DNA of 57,176 nt from Thermoplasmata archaeon (GTDB lineage: Archaea > Thermoplasmatota > Thermoplasmata > Lutacidiplasmatales > UBA184): contig JAKIWH010000001.1 in the NCBI GenBank assembly GCA_022750125.1, forward strand, positions 1-57,176. Direction: 5' to 3'. Positions 7,276 to 16,529 of this stretch are shown here, piece by piece. Position 1 is the first letter of the stretch. Every line of letters starts with the position of its first letter. The notes under the pieces were generated by a model. That model was not told where the DNA came from. It ran no database searches and saw only the letters and a list, made by a program, of their open reading frames with translations. A program made the translations under genes and the position numbers.

Positions 7276-10200
7276 ATGTTCGGCTCGCGCCCCGCAACCG
7301 CGATGAGGGAGACTCTCGAACCCACGGATCCGGCCCCCAGGGTTGGTCGCCGAAGCCATCGCATCTCGGACGGAGGGCGGGCCAGCCCGGTTCGACCCGC
7401 GCAAGCTCGTGCGGGTTGGGTCATGATCATTGCCGTCCTGGTGCTGCTCTCGCTTCCCACCTACCTCCACGCAACGCCCTCGCGCGCGTCCACGCCGCCG
7501 TCCTCCAACGCGCCGGTCGCGCGCCCAGCTGCGGTCGTGGACCCGGGTGCCGCACTCCTCGCGGCCGCGTCCCGCTCCCTCGCCGCCCCCCCTCCCCTCG
7601 CGGGAGCTCCTGCCCCATCCTCCCACCTCCACCCCTCGGCAACCGCGCTGACTTGGCACGCCGCGGCGACCAACGGGTCATCTCCCTCGGCTCGCGCGGC
7701 ACCGGCCCTGGTGTACGACCCGATCCTGGGGACGGTCGTGCTGTTCGGCGGGTACGACCCGATGAATGCGGCCGACCAGGACACTTGGGAGTACAGCGCG
7801 GGGAACTGGACGCAGCTCTCCCTCCCCGCCTCCGCCTCGCCTCCGGGAAGATGGAACGCGAACTTCGTCTACGATGCCGCGGACGGTTACGCGCTGCTCT
7901 ACGGCGGCCGGAGCCTCTATCAGTTCTTCAACGACACCTGGACGTTCACCTCGATCGGCTGGAGCCAGCTGAGCCCGACCCACCCCCCGCCGGCGGGTTT
8001 CGGCTCGATGGCCTACGACGCGAAGGATTCGGTCGTGCTCCTCTTTGGGTCCGCCCAAGGGAATATTCCCGGCGGATCGGGCTCGCCGTGGAGCGACCTA
8101 GCCGTCACGTGGGAGTTCCACGGCGGCCGTTGGAGCAACATCACCTCCACGGCCGGCACCGCCCCCCCGGCCGCGTTCATCGGGGCGATGGCGTACGACC
8201 CGGTCGACGGGTATGTACTTCTGTACGGCGGTGAGACCGCGAAGCAAGCGGACTCCACCGGCCCGTACGTCCCGGCGCTTACGTGGAGCTTCTCGAACGG
8301 TACTTGGACGAACCGGACCCCGAGCTCGGCTACGAACAGCCCCGGGGGCGCGGGCGGGATTGTGAATACCGGGCTAGCGTACGATCCGGTCCTTCAGGGG
8401 CTTATCCTGTTCGGGGGACAGCTCTGGGCGGCCGGAGGAGCCGGCCCCTCGTCGGAAACGTGGGAGTACGTTCACGGCGGTTGGACGAACCTCACGGGTT
8501 CGTTCGGCCTCTCGCCCCCTCCCCGGAGCTTCACCCCGCTCGCCTACGATCCCCTCGGAGCGCAGCTCCTCGTCGTAGGCGGTGGCGGTTACAGCGGACA
8601 GTACCTCGGGGACACCTGGGCTCTCGGGCCGGCCAACGGCTCCCCCCGGCTCTTTGTCACGATCAACTCTTCCTCGTACACGGGAGTCGCACCGCTGACG
8701 GTCCACCTGAGCGCGAACGCGAGCCAGGGGATCGCGCCGTACACCTACAGCTGGAGCTTCGGGGACGGCTCCGCCAACGCGAGCGGGGCGAATGTGACAC
8801 ACACCTTCGGTTCGAGCGGGGGGTTCACGGTGACCGTCAGCGCCACCGACTCGAACCTGACCCACGGCAGCGCCACCGCCCTCGTCTCGGTTCTCCCGCA
8901 TTGGGCGCTCGCCAACGCCTGGAGTGAGGTGGGTGGGCCGAACGCGAGCGTCCTGCCCCAGCCGGCGAGCCGCTCCGCTGCGGCGCTCGCCTACGACCCT
9001 TCGCTCAAGGAGGTGGTCCTGTTCGGGGGATACGCGGTCAACGTCTCGGCCTACGGCGACACGTGGGCCTTCTCGAACGGGAGCTGGACCGACCTCACGA
9101 CGACGCTCACTTCGGCCCCGCCCGCCCGTTGGGAGGCTCGGCTCGTCTGGGACGCCCAGGACGGCTACCTGCTCCTCTTTGGGGGCCGGGACCCAGCCCA
9201 GTTCTTCAACGACACTTGGAGCTTCTCGGCGAACGGCTGGACCCAGCTCCACCCGACGCTGAGCCCTCCCGAGGGATGGGGACAGCTCGCGTACGACGGG
9301 AAGGACGGCTACGTGCTGCTCTTCAGCGCCTCCCAAGGGAACCTACCCGCCGGGACGTACAACGCATGGGTCCATTGGGACATCACGTGGAAGTTCGTCG
9401 GAGGGAACTGGACGAACCTGACCGCGAGCGTCGGTACCCAGCCTCCCGGGGTGGTCGCGGGCGTGATGGAGTACGACGCTGCCGCCGGCTACGTGCTGCT
9501 CTTCGGCGGCCAGACCTCGAACAATCTGAACGGCGGCTGCGAGTACGCTCCCGGTCTCACATGGACCTACACCCAAGGACATTGGACGAACCGGACCCCG
9601 AGCAGCCTCAGCTCCGTTCCCGGCGGGAGCACAGGAATCGCCAACGCGGCCGCGGCGTACGATGCGGGACTCGGGGGCGTTCTCCTCTTTGGGGGCGTCG
9701 TGCCTACACCCGGTGGCGGCTGCCAGTCGGTCGCGGACACCTGGCTCTACGTGAACGGCTCCTGGTCCGTTCTTCCTTCCTCGGCAGCCAACCCCGTGCC
9801 GATCGACCGGCAATCGTTCGCGATGGCCTACGACGCGGTCGACAACGAATCGGTGATCGAGGGGGGCAACGTGTACAACTCCTACCTCTATCTCAGCGAC
9901 AGCTGGGTGTTCGGACCGGCCCGGTCCTCGCTCGTCGCCCAGGTAACGGTCGGGAACACAATCGGCGTCGGCAATCTGACGGTAGAGTTTACCGCGCGTG
10001 CTTTCGGAGGCCACGCGCCGTACCGCTTCAACTGGAGTTTCGGAGATGGGCATGCGGTCACGGGCACGGCTTCGCAGGACGCCGCGTCGTCCGCGCACCC
10101 GGCTGTCTACTCCCCTTCGCTCCAGGTGGTGGATCACGCGGGCCACTCGGTGACCACGTTCCTCCCGCAGGTGCGCGTCGCGGCGGCGCCCCACAACACC

Positions 10201-10410
10201 TCTCCTCCCACCAAAGCAAACCCGACCTCCTCCCTAGGCTCGGTCCTCGCCCCGAGCCCGCTCGGGATAGTGGTGCTGCTCGCGCTCGTCGCGGGCGCGC
10301 TCCTCGGCGGGACGGTGGTCGCTTGGTGGGGCCGAACTCGGAATCGATGGAGGAACGAAGGCTACGCCCTCGCCGCCGGGCTGCAGCGGGGCGGACCCCC
10401 ACCGGAATAG
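7276..10410 (+). CDS. Large surface protein: (Kelch-type beta-propeller + PKD) x 2, with a C-terminal membrane anchor
   Basis: Repeated Kelch-like blades (LVYDPILGTVVLFGGYD, FVYDAADGYALLYGG, MAYDPVDGYVLLYGG, LAYDPSLKEVVLFGGY and others). Two PKD modules (YSWSFGDGSANASGANVTHTF; FNWSFGDGHAVTG). N-terminal signal-like helix MIIAVLVLLSL. C-terminal helix IVVLLALVAGALLGGTVVAWW plus a basic tail. Many N-x-S/T sequons. Confidence 0.88.
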   Translation: MFGSRPATAMRETLEPTDPAPRVGRRSHRISDGGRASPVRPAQARAGWVMIIAVLVLLSLPTYLHATPSRASTPPSSNAPVARPAAVVDPGAALLAAASRSLAAPPPLAGAPAPSSHLHPSATALTWHAAATNGSSPSARAAPALVYDPILGTVVLFGGYDPMNAADQDTWEYSAGNWTQLSLPASASPPGRWNANFVYDAADGYALLYGGRSLYQFFNDTWTFTSIGWSQLSPTHPPPAGFGSMAYDAKDSVVLLFGSAQGNIPGGSGSPWSDLAVTWEFHGGRWSNITSTAGTAPPAAFIGAMAYDPVDGYVLLYGGETAKQADSTGPYVPALTWSFSNGTWTNRTPSSATNSPGGAGGIVNTGLAYDPVLQGLILFGGQLWAAGGAGPSSETWEYVHGGWTNLTGSFGLSPPPRSFTPLAYDPLGAQLLVVGGGGYSGQYLGDTWALGPANGSPRLFVTINSSSYTGVAPLTVHLSANASQGIAPYTYSWSFGDGSANASGANVTHTFGSSGGFTVTVSATDSNLTHGSATALVSVLPHWALANAWSEVGGPNASVLPQPASRSAAALAYDPSLKEVVLFGGYAVNVSAYGDTWAFSNGSWTDLTTTLTSAPPARWEARLVWDAQDGYLLLFGGRDPAQFFNDTWSFSANGWTQLHPTLSPPEGWGQLAYDGKDGYVLLFSASQGNLPAGTYNAWVHWDITWKFVGGNWTNLTASVGTQPPGVVAGVMEYDAAAGYVLLFGGQTSNNLNGGCEYAPGLTWTYTQGHWTNRTPSSLSSVPGGSTGIANAAAAYDAGLGGVLLFGGVVPTPGGGCQSVADTWLYVNGSWSVLPSSAANPVPIDRQSFAMAYDAVDNESVIEGGNVYNSYLYLSDSWVFGPARSSLVAQVTVGNTIGVGNLTVEFTARAFGGHAPYRFNWSFGDGHAVTGTASQDAASSAHPAVYSPSLQVVDHAGHSVTTFLPQVRVAAAPHNTSPPTKANPTSSLGSVLAPSPLGIVVLLALVAGALLGGTVVAWWGRTRNRWRNEGYALAAGLQRGGPPPE

Positions 10411-10452
10411 CCAAGTGCCGGAGGCCTTGACACGAGGCGGGGGCCGCCCCGG

Positions 10453-11619
10453 TTGATCCACCGCCCGCTCGGCCATCGGGGCCGCTTCTGCCGGGACAAA
10501 TCCATCCGTGCGCCTGTCCTCTGGCTCGCGGCGTTCCTGCCCGTCCTTCTCCTGGGGACCTGTCTCACGAACGGAGCTGGGCACTCGGACGGCGAGCTAC
10601 TCCTTCCAGCTCACCCGGGTCTTCCGTGGGTCGATCTTGGGGCCGCCAGGTCACCTCCGGTCGACCCGGGCTCGACACGAGTGTGCGTTGGGGCCGTGCT
10701 CTCGGAGCACTCCCCCCTCCTCGCTCGCGTTCTCCCCTGGAGCTTGCTCTCGTCGATTTCCGTCTCGATTCGCGCTTCGCAGACCGCGGGCTTCGCCCCG
10801 GCCTCGGTGAGCTTCGAGGCGACCCCCGGGGGGGGCACGCCTCCCTACACGAAGCTGCTCTGGAGCTTCGGGGACAGCACGAGCGCGAGTGGTGTAGATG
10901 CGGTCCACGCCTTCGGCAACGCCGGCAATTTCGAGGTTCGGTTCGACCTTCAGGATTCGGCCGGTGCGACGGCGTTCGCGACGACCTGGGTCAATCTCTC
11001 GTCGTCGTCGCCGCCGGCGGTCCCGGCCGCTCCCCCCTCGATTCTCTCCTGGGTGTTGCCCCCCGTGCTCGGCGCGGGGTCCGCCGCCCTGGTCCTGTGG
11101 GTGGGGTTGCGTTGGCAGGCGCGCAGCGCGCGACGGGTGAACGGCTCGCCCAGCACGAAGGGATACGGCGACACGGACGGATCTCTGACGCCTAATCATG
11201 GTCAGTCTCGCACCGGTAGCGAAGAGGCTCGGGTCGGAGCTTCGGGAGCGTCACCTCCGGCAGCCACGTTTCTGCCTCCCCAGGGCGGTCCTCGTCCGAC
11301 CGTCGCCCAGCGTCGGCTCACCCAAGAGGTGCTCGTCCACCTCTACACGTTTGGACGATGGAGTCCGGACACGCTCCCCCCGGCGGGTGCAACGCAGGGG
11401 GGAATCTCGAGCGCCATCGGATCCGGCCAGAGCGCCCTCAGCAATGTGCTCCGCCGGCTCGAGGCCGCCGGATTCCTGACGAGCGAACTCACGCACGCCT
11501 CGGGGCGGACCCGACGGGTCAAGGCCTACCGCCTGACCCCGAGAGGCGAGTCGCTCGCACGGACGCTCCCACCGCGCGGAGGAGGAAGCGGTCCTGAGCC
11601 TTCGGCCAGGACCCGCTAG
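10453..11619 (+). CDS. Membrane-tethered putative transcription regulator: N-terminal helix, extracytoplasmic PKD domain, TM helix, cytoplasmic winged-helix (MarR/ArsR-like) domain
   Basis: PKD module ASVSFEATPGGGTPPYTKLLWSFGDSTSASGVDAVHAFGNAGNFEVRF. TM helix ILSWVLPPVLGAGSAALVLWVGL followed by RWQARSARR. C-terminal wHTH-like segment LTQEVLVHLYTF...ISSAIGSGQSALSNVLRRLEAAGFLTSELTH...RVKAYRLTPRGESLA. TTG start, so the start is uncertain. Confidence 0.75.
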   Translation: MIHRPLGHRGRFCRDKSIRAPVLWLAAFLPVLLLGTCLTNGAGHSDGELLLPAHPGLPWVDLGAARSPPVDPGSTRVCVGAVLSEHSPLLARVLPWSLLSSISVSIRASQTAGFAPASVSFEATPGGGTPPYTKLLWSFGDSTSASGVDAVHAFGNAGNFEVRFDLQDSAGATAFATTWVNLSSSSPPAVPAAPPSILSWVLPPVLGAGSAALVLWVGLRWQARSARRVNGSPSTKGYGDTDGSLTPNHGQSRTGSEEARVGASGASPPAATFLPPQGGPRPTVAQRRLTQEVLVHLYTFGRWSPDTLPPAGATQGGISSAIGSGQSALSNVLRRLEAAGFLTSELTHASGRTRRVKAYRLTPRGESLARTLPPRGGGSGPEPSARTR

Positions 11620-11664
11620 TTTCATCTCGGCGAGCCGAGCCGGCCGCCTGAACTTGACGTCGCG

Positions 11665-11982
11665 TTAGGCGGAGCGTGTCAGTACGGTTGCCGAAGGCCG
11701 ACCCCGCCGGAACTGGCCCGCGAAATCGATCGCCGCAGCCATCGTGAGGTAGGCACCGGCGACCGCGAGGGGGAGGAGGAGCCACCAGCCCCAAAGTCCG
11801 CTCGCGATCGGGCAGGGGTGGGGCGGACCTTGAGCGGATTGGCTGCACTGCTCGTTCGCCTGGTGGGCCAGCCCCGTAGAGACCAGCACAGCTCCGAAGG
11901 CGAGCAGGAGGAGCAGGATCCCGAGCGCCAATCGGATCCGCAGCTTTGGGGCGGAATCACGGTCGGCCGTGCGATTCGGCAT
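11665..11982 (-). CDS. Small two-helix membrane protein (105 aa)
   Basis: Internal ATG at 11982 of the 211-aa track ORF gives MPNRTADRDSAPKLRIRLALGILLLLLAFGAVLVSTGL...GLWGWWLLLPLAVAGAYLTMAAAI. The upstream part of the track ORF is Arg/Gly-rich and unconvincing. Confidence 0.5.
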   Translation of the reverse strand: MPNRTADRDSAPKLRIRLALGILLLLLAFGAVLVSTGLAHQANEQCSQSAQGPPHPCPIASGLWGWWLLLPLAVAGAYLTMAAAIDFAGQFRRGRPSATVLTRSA

Positions 11983-12104
11983 AGGCGTAGCCGGCGCAGT
12001 TCGTCGCGCTCCAATAGGCGTTTCCAAGCACAATCCGCCGGGCCGGCTAGGCGAGGTTGCCGGTCGCGGGAGCTCGGGCTGGAATCCGTAGGAGCATCGG
12101 ACGA

Positions 12105-12575
12105 TCAGACGGGCTTGGCCATGATGATGTTCGTGGGCTTGAACCCGAGCTTCGCGTACAGCGATTGGGCCCCCGCGTTCTCCCCGAAGACGTGGAGCGC
12201 CACTCGCGTGGCCCCCCGCTCCCGTGCATCCTTCTCGAGCTCGGCGAACACGGCGGTCGCTAGGCCCCGCCGGCGGTGCTTCTCGTTGATCCCGATCCAA
12301 AACAGAAACAGCTGGGGTGGCCCCTCGGTGTGCTGGAAGGCGAACCAGACCTCGCCGACCCGCTCCCCCGTCGCCCCGTCGCGCACGACTCGGAGCACAT
12401 GATCTGGCGTCTCGACCCCGTTCGGGAGGAGTCCGGCGAGCTCGGCACGGGCTCGGGCAGGAGCATCGGCCGGCGTCCAGGTTCCGGCACGGACATGATC
12501 CGCGGCGTACAGATCGACCGACTCTGCCGCGAATCGTTCGTACTCGTCCGGGGTCATCGGGACGAGCTGGATCAT
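12105..12575 (-). CDS. GNAT-family N-acetyltransferase (156 aa)
   Basis: ATG at 12575 (MIQLVPMTPDEYERF...). GNAT core WIGINEKHRRRGLATAVFAELEKDARERGATRVALHVFGENAGAQSLYAKLGF. Confidence 0.85.
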   Translation of the reverse strand: MIQLVPMTPDEYERFAAESVDLYAADHVRAGTWTPADAPARARAELAGLLPNGVETPDHVLRVVRDGATGERVGEVWFAFQHTEGPPQLFLFWIGINEKHRRRGLATAVFAELEKDARERGATRVALHVFGENAGAQSLYAKLGFKPTNIIMAKPV

Positions 12576-12582
12576 CGGACCG

Positions 12583-13686
12583 CTAGAGGGATTCTCCCGA
12601 TAAGCGCGCGGCCGAACTGAGAGTCGTGGCGGCCGGCTCGTCGCGCCGGCCCGCGAAGGCCGGCCCGGTGACCAGCACCTTGAGGGCCACCCCGGGTCGT
12701 GCCGCGAGCTCGAACGCTTCCTCGATCTCTGCGAGCGGGGTCCGGTGGGAGACCAGGTCGGCGACCGGGAGACGGCCTCGCGCCACGAGCGCATGGAGGT
12801 CCGCAACGTCCCGTTCCGTGGTGGCGTAGGTCGGCACGACCCGGAGCCCACGAAGGTAGAGCTGTTGAAGGTCCATCCCGAGCCGGCTCCCCGCGAGGGG
12901 GAGCCCGAACAGATTCACGGTTCCGCCCCGGCGACCCAGGCTCCCTGCGAGCTCGACCGCGGCGGGTGCACCCGTTGCGACCACCACGAGGTCAGCGCCT
13001 GCCCCATGGGTGCCTCGCTCGACCGCCTCGCGTACCTTTGCGGGGTCGCGGGGGTCGAGGACGACCTCGACGCCTCCCCGCGAAGCGGCGTCGCGCCGGA
13101 GCGGGGAAAGCTCCGTACCTCCGATCCAGCCCGCCCCGAGAGCGTGGGCGACGCGCGCGTAGAGGAGACCGACCGGGCCTAGCCCGAGGATCATGACCCG
13201 GTCGCCGGAATCGAACCGAACCGCGCGGAGCGCCGTGAGGGCGCACGCGGCGGGCTCGAGCAGCGCCCCCTCCTCCCACGTGAGCTTTGGGTCGAGCCGA
13301 AGCACCGCGCCCTTGCGCACGTGATCCGCGGAGACCCGGAACTTCTCGGCGAATCCCCCCGGGTCAAGGTTGCTCTTGGCATACTCGGGGCAGAAGGTGA
13401 AGGCGCCGCGACGGCAGACCTCGCACGCGTAGCAGGGAACGTGGTGGTGCACGAACACCCTGTCCCCTACGTGGAACTTCTCGACGCCTTCCCCGAGCGC
13501 GTCGACGGACCCCACCGCCTCGTGGCCCAGGATCCCCGCCGTGCGGTAGTTCCCCCGGAGCTTCTCGAGGTCGGTGCCACAGATGCCGCAGGCGGCGAGA
13601 GTAACGACGAGCTCGCCCGGTCCCGGTGTGGGGGCGGGGCGTTCCTCGATCTGGACCCGTCCTTCCGAGAGGACCCCGACCTTCAT
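12583..13686 (-). CDS. Zn-dependent medium-chain alcohol/polyol dehydrogenase
   Basis: MKVGVL... with CGICGTDLE, GHEAVGSV and VPCYACEVCRRG (structural Zn Cys cluster) and the Rossmann motif ILGLGPVGLL. The start ATG at 13686 overlaps the upstream stop (ATGA at 13683..13686). The 542-aa track ORF is an artefactual N-terminal extension. Confidence 0.9.
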   Translation of the reverse strand: MKVGVLSEGRVQIEERPAPTPGPGELVVTLAACGICGTDLEKLRGNYRTAGILGHEAVGSVDALGEGVEKFHVGDRVFVHHHVPCYACEVCRRGAFTFCPEYAKSNLDPGGFAEKFRVSADHVRKGAVLRLDPKLTWEEGALLEPAACALTALRAVRFDSGDRVMILGLGPVGLLYARVAHALGAGWIGGTELSPLRRDAASRGGVEVVLDPRDPAKVREAVERGTHGAGADLVVVATGAPAAVELAGSLGRRGGTVNLFGLPLAGSRLGMDLQQLYLRGLRVVPTYATTERDVADLHALVARGRLPVADLVSHRTPLAEIEEAFELAARPGVALKVLVTGPAFAGRRDEPAATTLSSAARLSGESL

Positions 13687-15074
13687 CCCGCCTGCACGGC
13701 CGCCGTGATCGCCGCGTCGAGGATCTCGACCCCTTCGTCGAGTTCCTCCCGCGTAATGACGAGCGGGGGGATGTAGCGGATCGCGGACTTCCCGCACGGG
13801 AGCATCAAGAGACCGCGCCGGTAGGACTCCTCGATCACGCGATCGCGAAGGAGGGGCGCTGGGAGCTTGCCGGGTCCCTTCTCGATGAACTCCGTCGCGA
13901 CCATCAAGCCGAGCCCGCGCACGTCGCCGATCTCGGCATGCTTGCGCTGGAGCTCGCGCAGCCGCTGCATCAGGTGTTCGCCGCCCGTACGGGCGTTGTC
14001 GAGCAGCTTCTCCCGGTCGATGACGTGGAGCGAGGCGAGGGCCGCTGCGCCGGCGACGAGATTCCCGCCGAAGGTGTTGGAGTGCGCGCCTTGGTGCGGG
14101 TAATCGAGCTCCTTCCGGAAGACGATCGCGCCCATCGGAAGCCCTCCGCCAAGCGCCTTCGCGCTCGCGATGATATCCGGGACCACCCCGTGGTGCTCGA
14201 TCCCGAACCACTTCCCCGTGCGGCCAATGCCCGCCTGCACCTCATCGGAGATGAACAGGATCTGATGTTCGTCGAGGATCCGCTTCATCGCCGCGTGCCA
14301 GCCCGGCGGCGGGACGATGTAGCCGCCCTCCCCGAGCACCGGCTCCGCGATGAACGCCGCGACATCCTCGGGCGGGATGGAGGTCTCGAAGTAGAGTTCC
14401 TTGAGGATCTTCGCGCAGTAGAGATCGCAGCTCGGGTAGGTGAGCTGGTACGGGCACCGGTAACAGTACGGGGAAGGGATGTGGTGGCCGCCGCCGACGT
14501 ACGCCCCGAACCGCTCCCGCTGCGTCGACTTCGACGAGGTGAGGGTGAGCGCTCCCATGCTCCGGCCGTGGAACGCCCCGAGCAGGCCGATCGTGATCGG
14601 CTTCTGGCGGTAGTACCGCGCGAGCTTGACCGCGGCCTCGACACTCTCGGTGCCGCTGTTCGTGAAGAACACCTTTTTGCCGAAGGTGCCTGGAGTGATC
14701 TCCGTGAGGCGCTCGGCGAGCTTCACCTGGACGTCGTAGTAGTAGTCGGTCCCCGCGAAGTGCATGAGCTTCGCCGCCTGCTGCTGGACCGCGCGGACCA
14801 CGTCGGGGTGGCAGTGACCGACGTTGAGCACGCCGACGCCGCTCGTGAAGTCGAGGATCGTGTTGCCGTCGACGTCGTGGATCCAGACGCCGCGGGCGCT
14901 CTCGGCCGCGATCGGAGCGCTTTTCGTGGAGGTCATGAGGAGCCGCGTGTCCTCGGCGACCATCGCGCGCGCCTTCGGCCCGGGGATGGGGGTCACGATC
15001 CGCACCCCGCGGTGTCCGGGAGCGGCCGCCGGTACGTTCTGCGTCGGCATCGGGGCGGTCGTCGTCTCACTCAT
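13683..15074 (-). CDS. Class-III PLP aminotransferase (4-aminobutyrate/omega-amino acid aminotransferase-like)
   Basis: DVDGNTILDFTSGVGVLNVGHCHPDVV, FISDEVQAGIGRTGKWF and TFGGNLVAGAAALA are typical class-III motifs. Confidence 0.9.
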   Translation of the reverse strand: MSETTTAPMPTQNVPAAAPGHRGVRIVTPIPGPKARAMVAEDTRLLMTSTKSAPIAAESARGVWIHDVDGNTILDFTSGVGVLNVGHCHPDVVRAVQQQAAKLMHFAGTDYYYDVQVKLAERLTEITPGTFGKKVFFTNSGTESVEAAVKLARYYRQKPITIGLLGAFHGRSMGALTLTSSKSTQRERFGAYVGGGHHIPSPYCYRCPYQLTYPSCDLYCAKILKELYFETSIPPEDVAAFIAEPVLGEGGYIVPPPGWHAAMKRILDEHQILFISDEVQAGIGRTGKWFGIEHHGVVPDIIASAKALGGGLPMGAIVFRKELDYPHQGAHSNTFGGNLVAGAAALASLHVIDREKLLDNARTGGEHLMQRLRELQRKHAEIGDVRGLGLMVATEFIEKGPGKLPAPLLRDRVIEESYRRGLLMLPCGKSAIRYIPPLVITREELDEGVEILDAAITAAVQAG

Positions 15075-15209
15075 GGGCTTCCTGCGCGGGGAAAGAGGGC
15101 TCCGAAGAAAAGGGTTGGGTCGACTCCGGAACTTTCGCTGGGTCGTCCCGAAGCGAACGGTTAACAGAACCGGTTCCCTCGGTCAGGAGGAGAACTCCCC
15201 TCGACGCGG

Positions 15210-16529
15210 ATGGAAGAAGCTCCCGAAGAAACGGCTCCGCTCGAGCTCGAGGAATCCCTCGGCGCTTCGCCGGAAGATACGTCGGCGACCCCCGAGCTGG
15301 AGGAGGCAGACCCTTCCATCGATGCCGGCGAGGAGCCGCCGGTCGTACCGACACCGCACCGACAAGGCCGACTCCTGATCGTCGTCTCGGTCGTTCTCGT
15401 TGTGCTCCTCCTCCTCGCCGCTGCCCTGTACACGGGAACCCTCGGGCCGAACTCCAAGTCGCGGAACGCTCCCCCGGCTCCGAACTCGATGAGCTTCTCG
15501 GCCGCGTTCGCCGCGGTGAATAGCTCCGCCCAGTCCGTGAGCGGCGGGCCGTGGGCGCTCGTCGCTGCGGTTGGTCTCGACGTTCTCGCGAACGGCACGA
15601 ATCCGTTCTCCTTCAACTCCACAGCGAGCGGGGTGTGTGCGACGGGCGCTCCCCCTCCTTTGGTGCTCGCCTCGACGACCGACGCCGTGCGAGGGCTCTC
15701 GCCATACTGGGTCATCTCGTTCGAGTCCACCTCGAGCAACAGCATCCTCGACGCCGTCGTTGCTAACGGCCAGGCGCAGATCCTCGGGACCACGCCACCG
15801 ACGAGCCACTGCTTCGGTCCCGGTCGCGTAGGGACGCTTCCTCCCGTGGGGAACATCGAGGATTCGGCCCAGCTCGCCCCCGCGCTCCCGAGCCTGACGC
15901 TCTTCTCGATGAGCTATCCCAACGCCACGATAGTGTTCTCCCTTTCCGGCGAGGGGAGTGGCATCGGTCGGAGCTCGGGTACCGCGTACTGGCTCGTGGA
16001 GGGGAGCCCCTGCTTCGGGCCCGGGGGAACGTCGACGTCCTCCCCCGCCCCCGGCGACCCGGTCTACCAGGGCGGCGCCAACGCGACCTCGAGCGGCAAC
16101 CTTGGGGATCGTATCATTCCCGGCATCGGTCGATGCGAGACGCCCGGGACGCTCGCTCCGAGCCTCCAACTGTTCGCCTCCCAGCTTGTCCTTGCCGGTT
16201 CCGGCTACGGCTACGTGAGCGCCGTGCGGAGCGTCGCGAACGGCGTTACGCCCGGCATGTTCCGTCCCGTGGTCGTCGCGAGCGAGTTCGTGAACCCCGG
16301 GATCGCCGACCCCCAAAGTCAGGTCACCGGGTTCGACGTGATCGCACTGAACGGCTCGACCGTCGCAGTCTTCAACACAAGCGTGGACGCGTGGACCCAA
16401 GGCGGGAACCTTCCGCTCACCGCTACGGATTCCCTCCGACTCCTCACGACGAGCCAGATCGACGGCGCGAGTTTGGTGCTCGAAGCCAACTTCCCCGAGA
16501 GCGGGGAGATCGGGATCTCGCTCCCCTGA
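15210..16529 (+). CDS. Hypothetical type-II membrane-anchored extracellular glycoprotein
   Basis: Acidic N-terminus, single TM helix LLIVVSVVLVVLLLLAAALY, then a Ser/Thr/Gly/Asn-rich ectodomain with many N-x-S/T sequons. I recognise no domain. Confidence 0.7.
   Translation: MEEAPEETAPLELEESLGASPEDTSATPELEEADPSIDAGEEPPVVPTPHRQGRLLIVVSVVLVVLLLLAAALYTGTLGPNSKSRNAPPAPNSMSFSAAFAAVNSSAQSVSGGPWALVAAVGLDVLANGTNPFSFNSTASGVCATGAPPPLVLASTTDAVRGLSPYWVISFESTSSNSILDAVVANGQAQILGTTPPTSHCFGPGRVGTLPPVGNIEDSAQLAPALPSLTLFSMSYPNATIVFSLSGEGSGIGRSSGTAYWLVEGSPCFGPGGTSTSSPAPGDPVYQGGANATSSGNLGDRIIPGIGRCETPGTLAPSLQLFASQLVLAGSGYGYVSAVRSVANGVTPGMFRPVVVASEFVNPGIADPQSQVTGFDVIALNGSTVAVFNTSVDAWTQGGNLPLTATDSLRLLTTSQIDGASLVLEANFPESGEIGISLP

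Noticed and set aside
13687-14211. N-terminal extension of the alcohol dehydrogenase in the 542-aa track ORF 12583..14211
   Set aside because: The extension overlaps the aminotransferase gene out of frame and is Arg-rich. The MDR fold begins at MKVGVL (13686).
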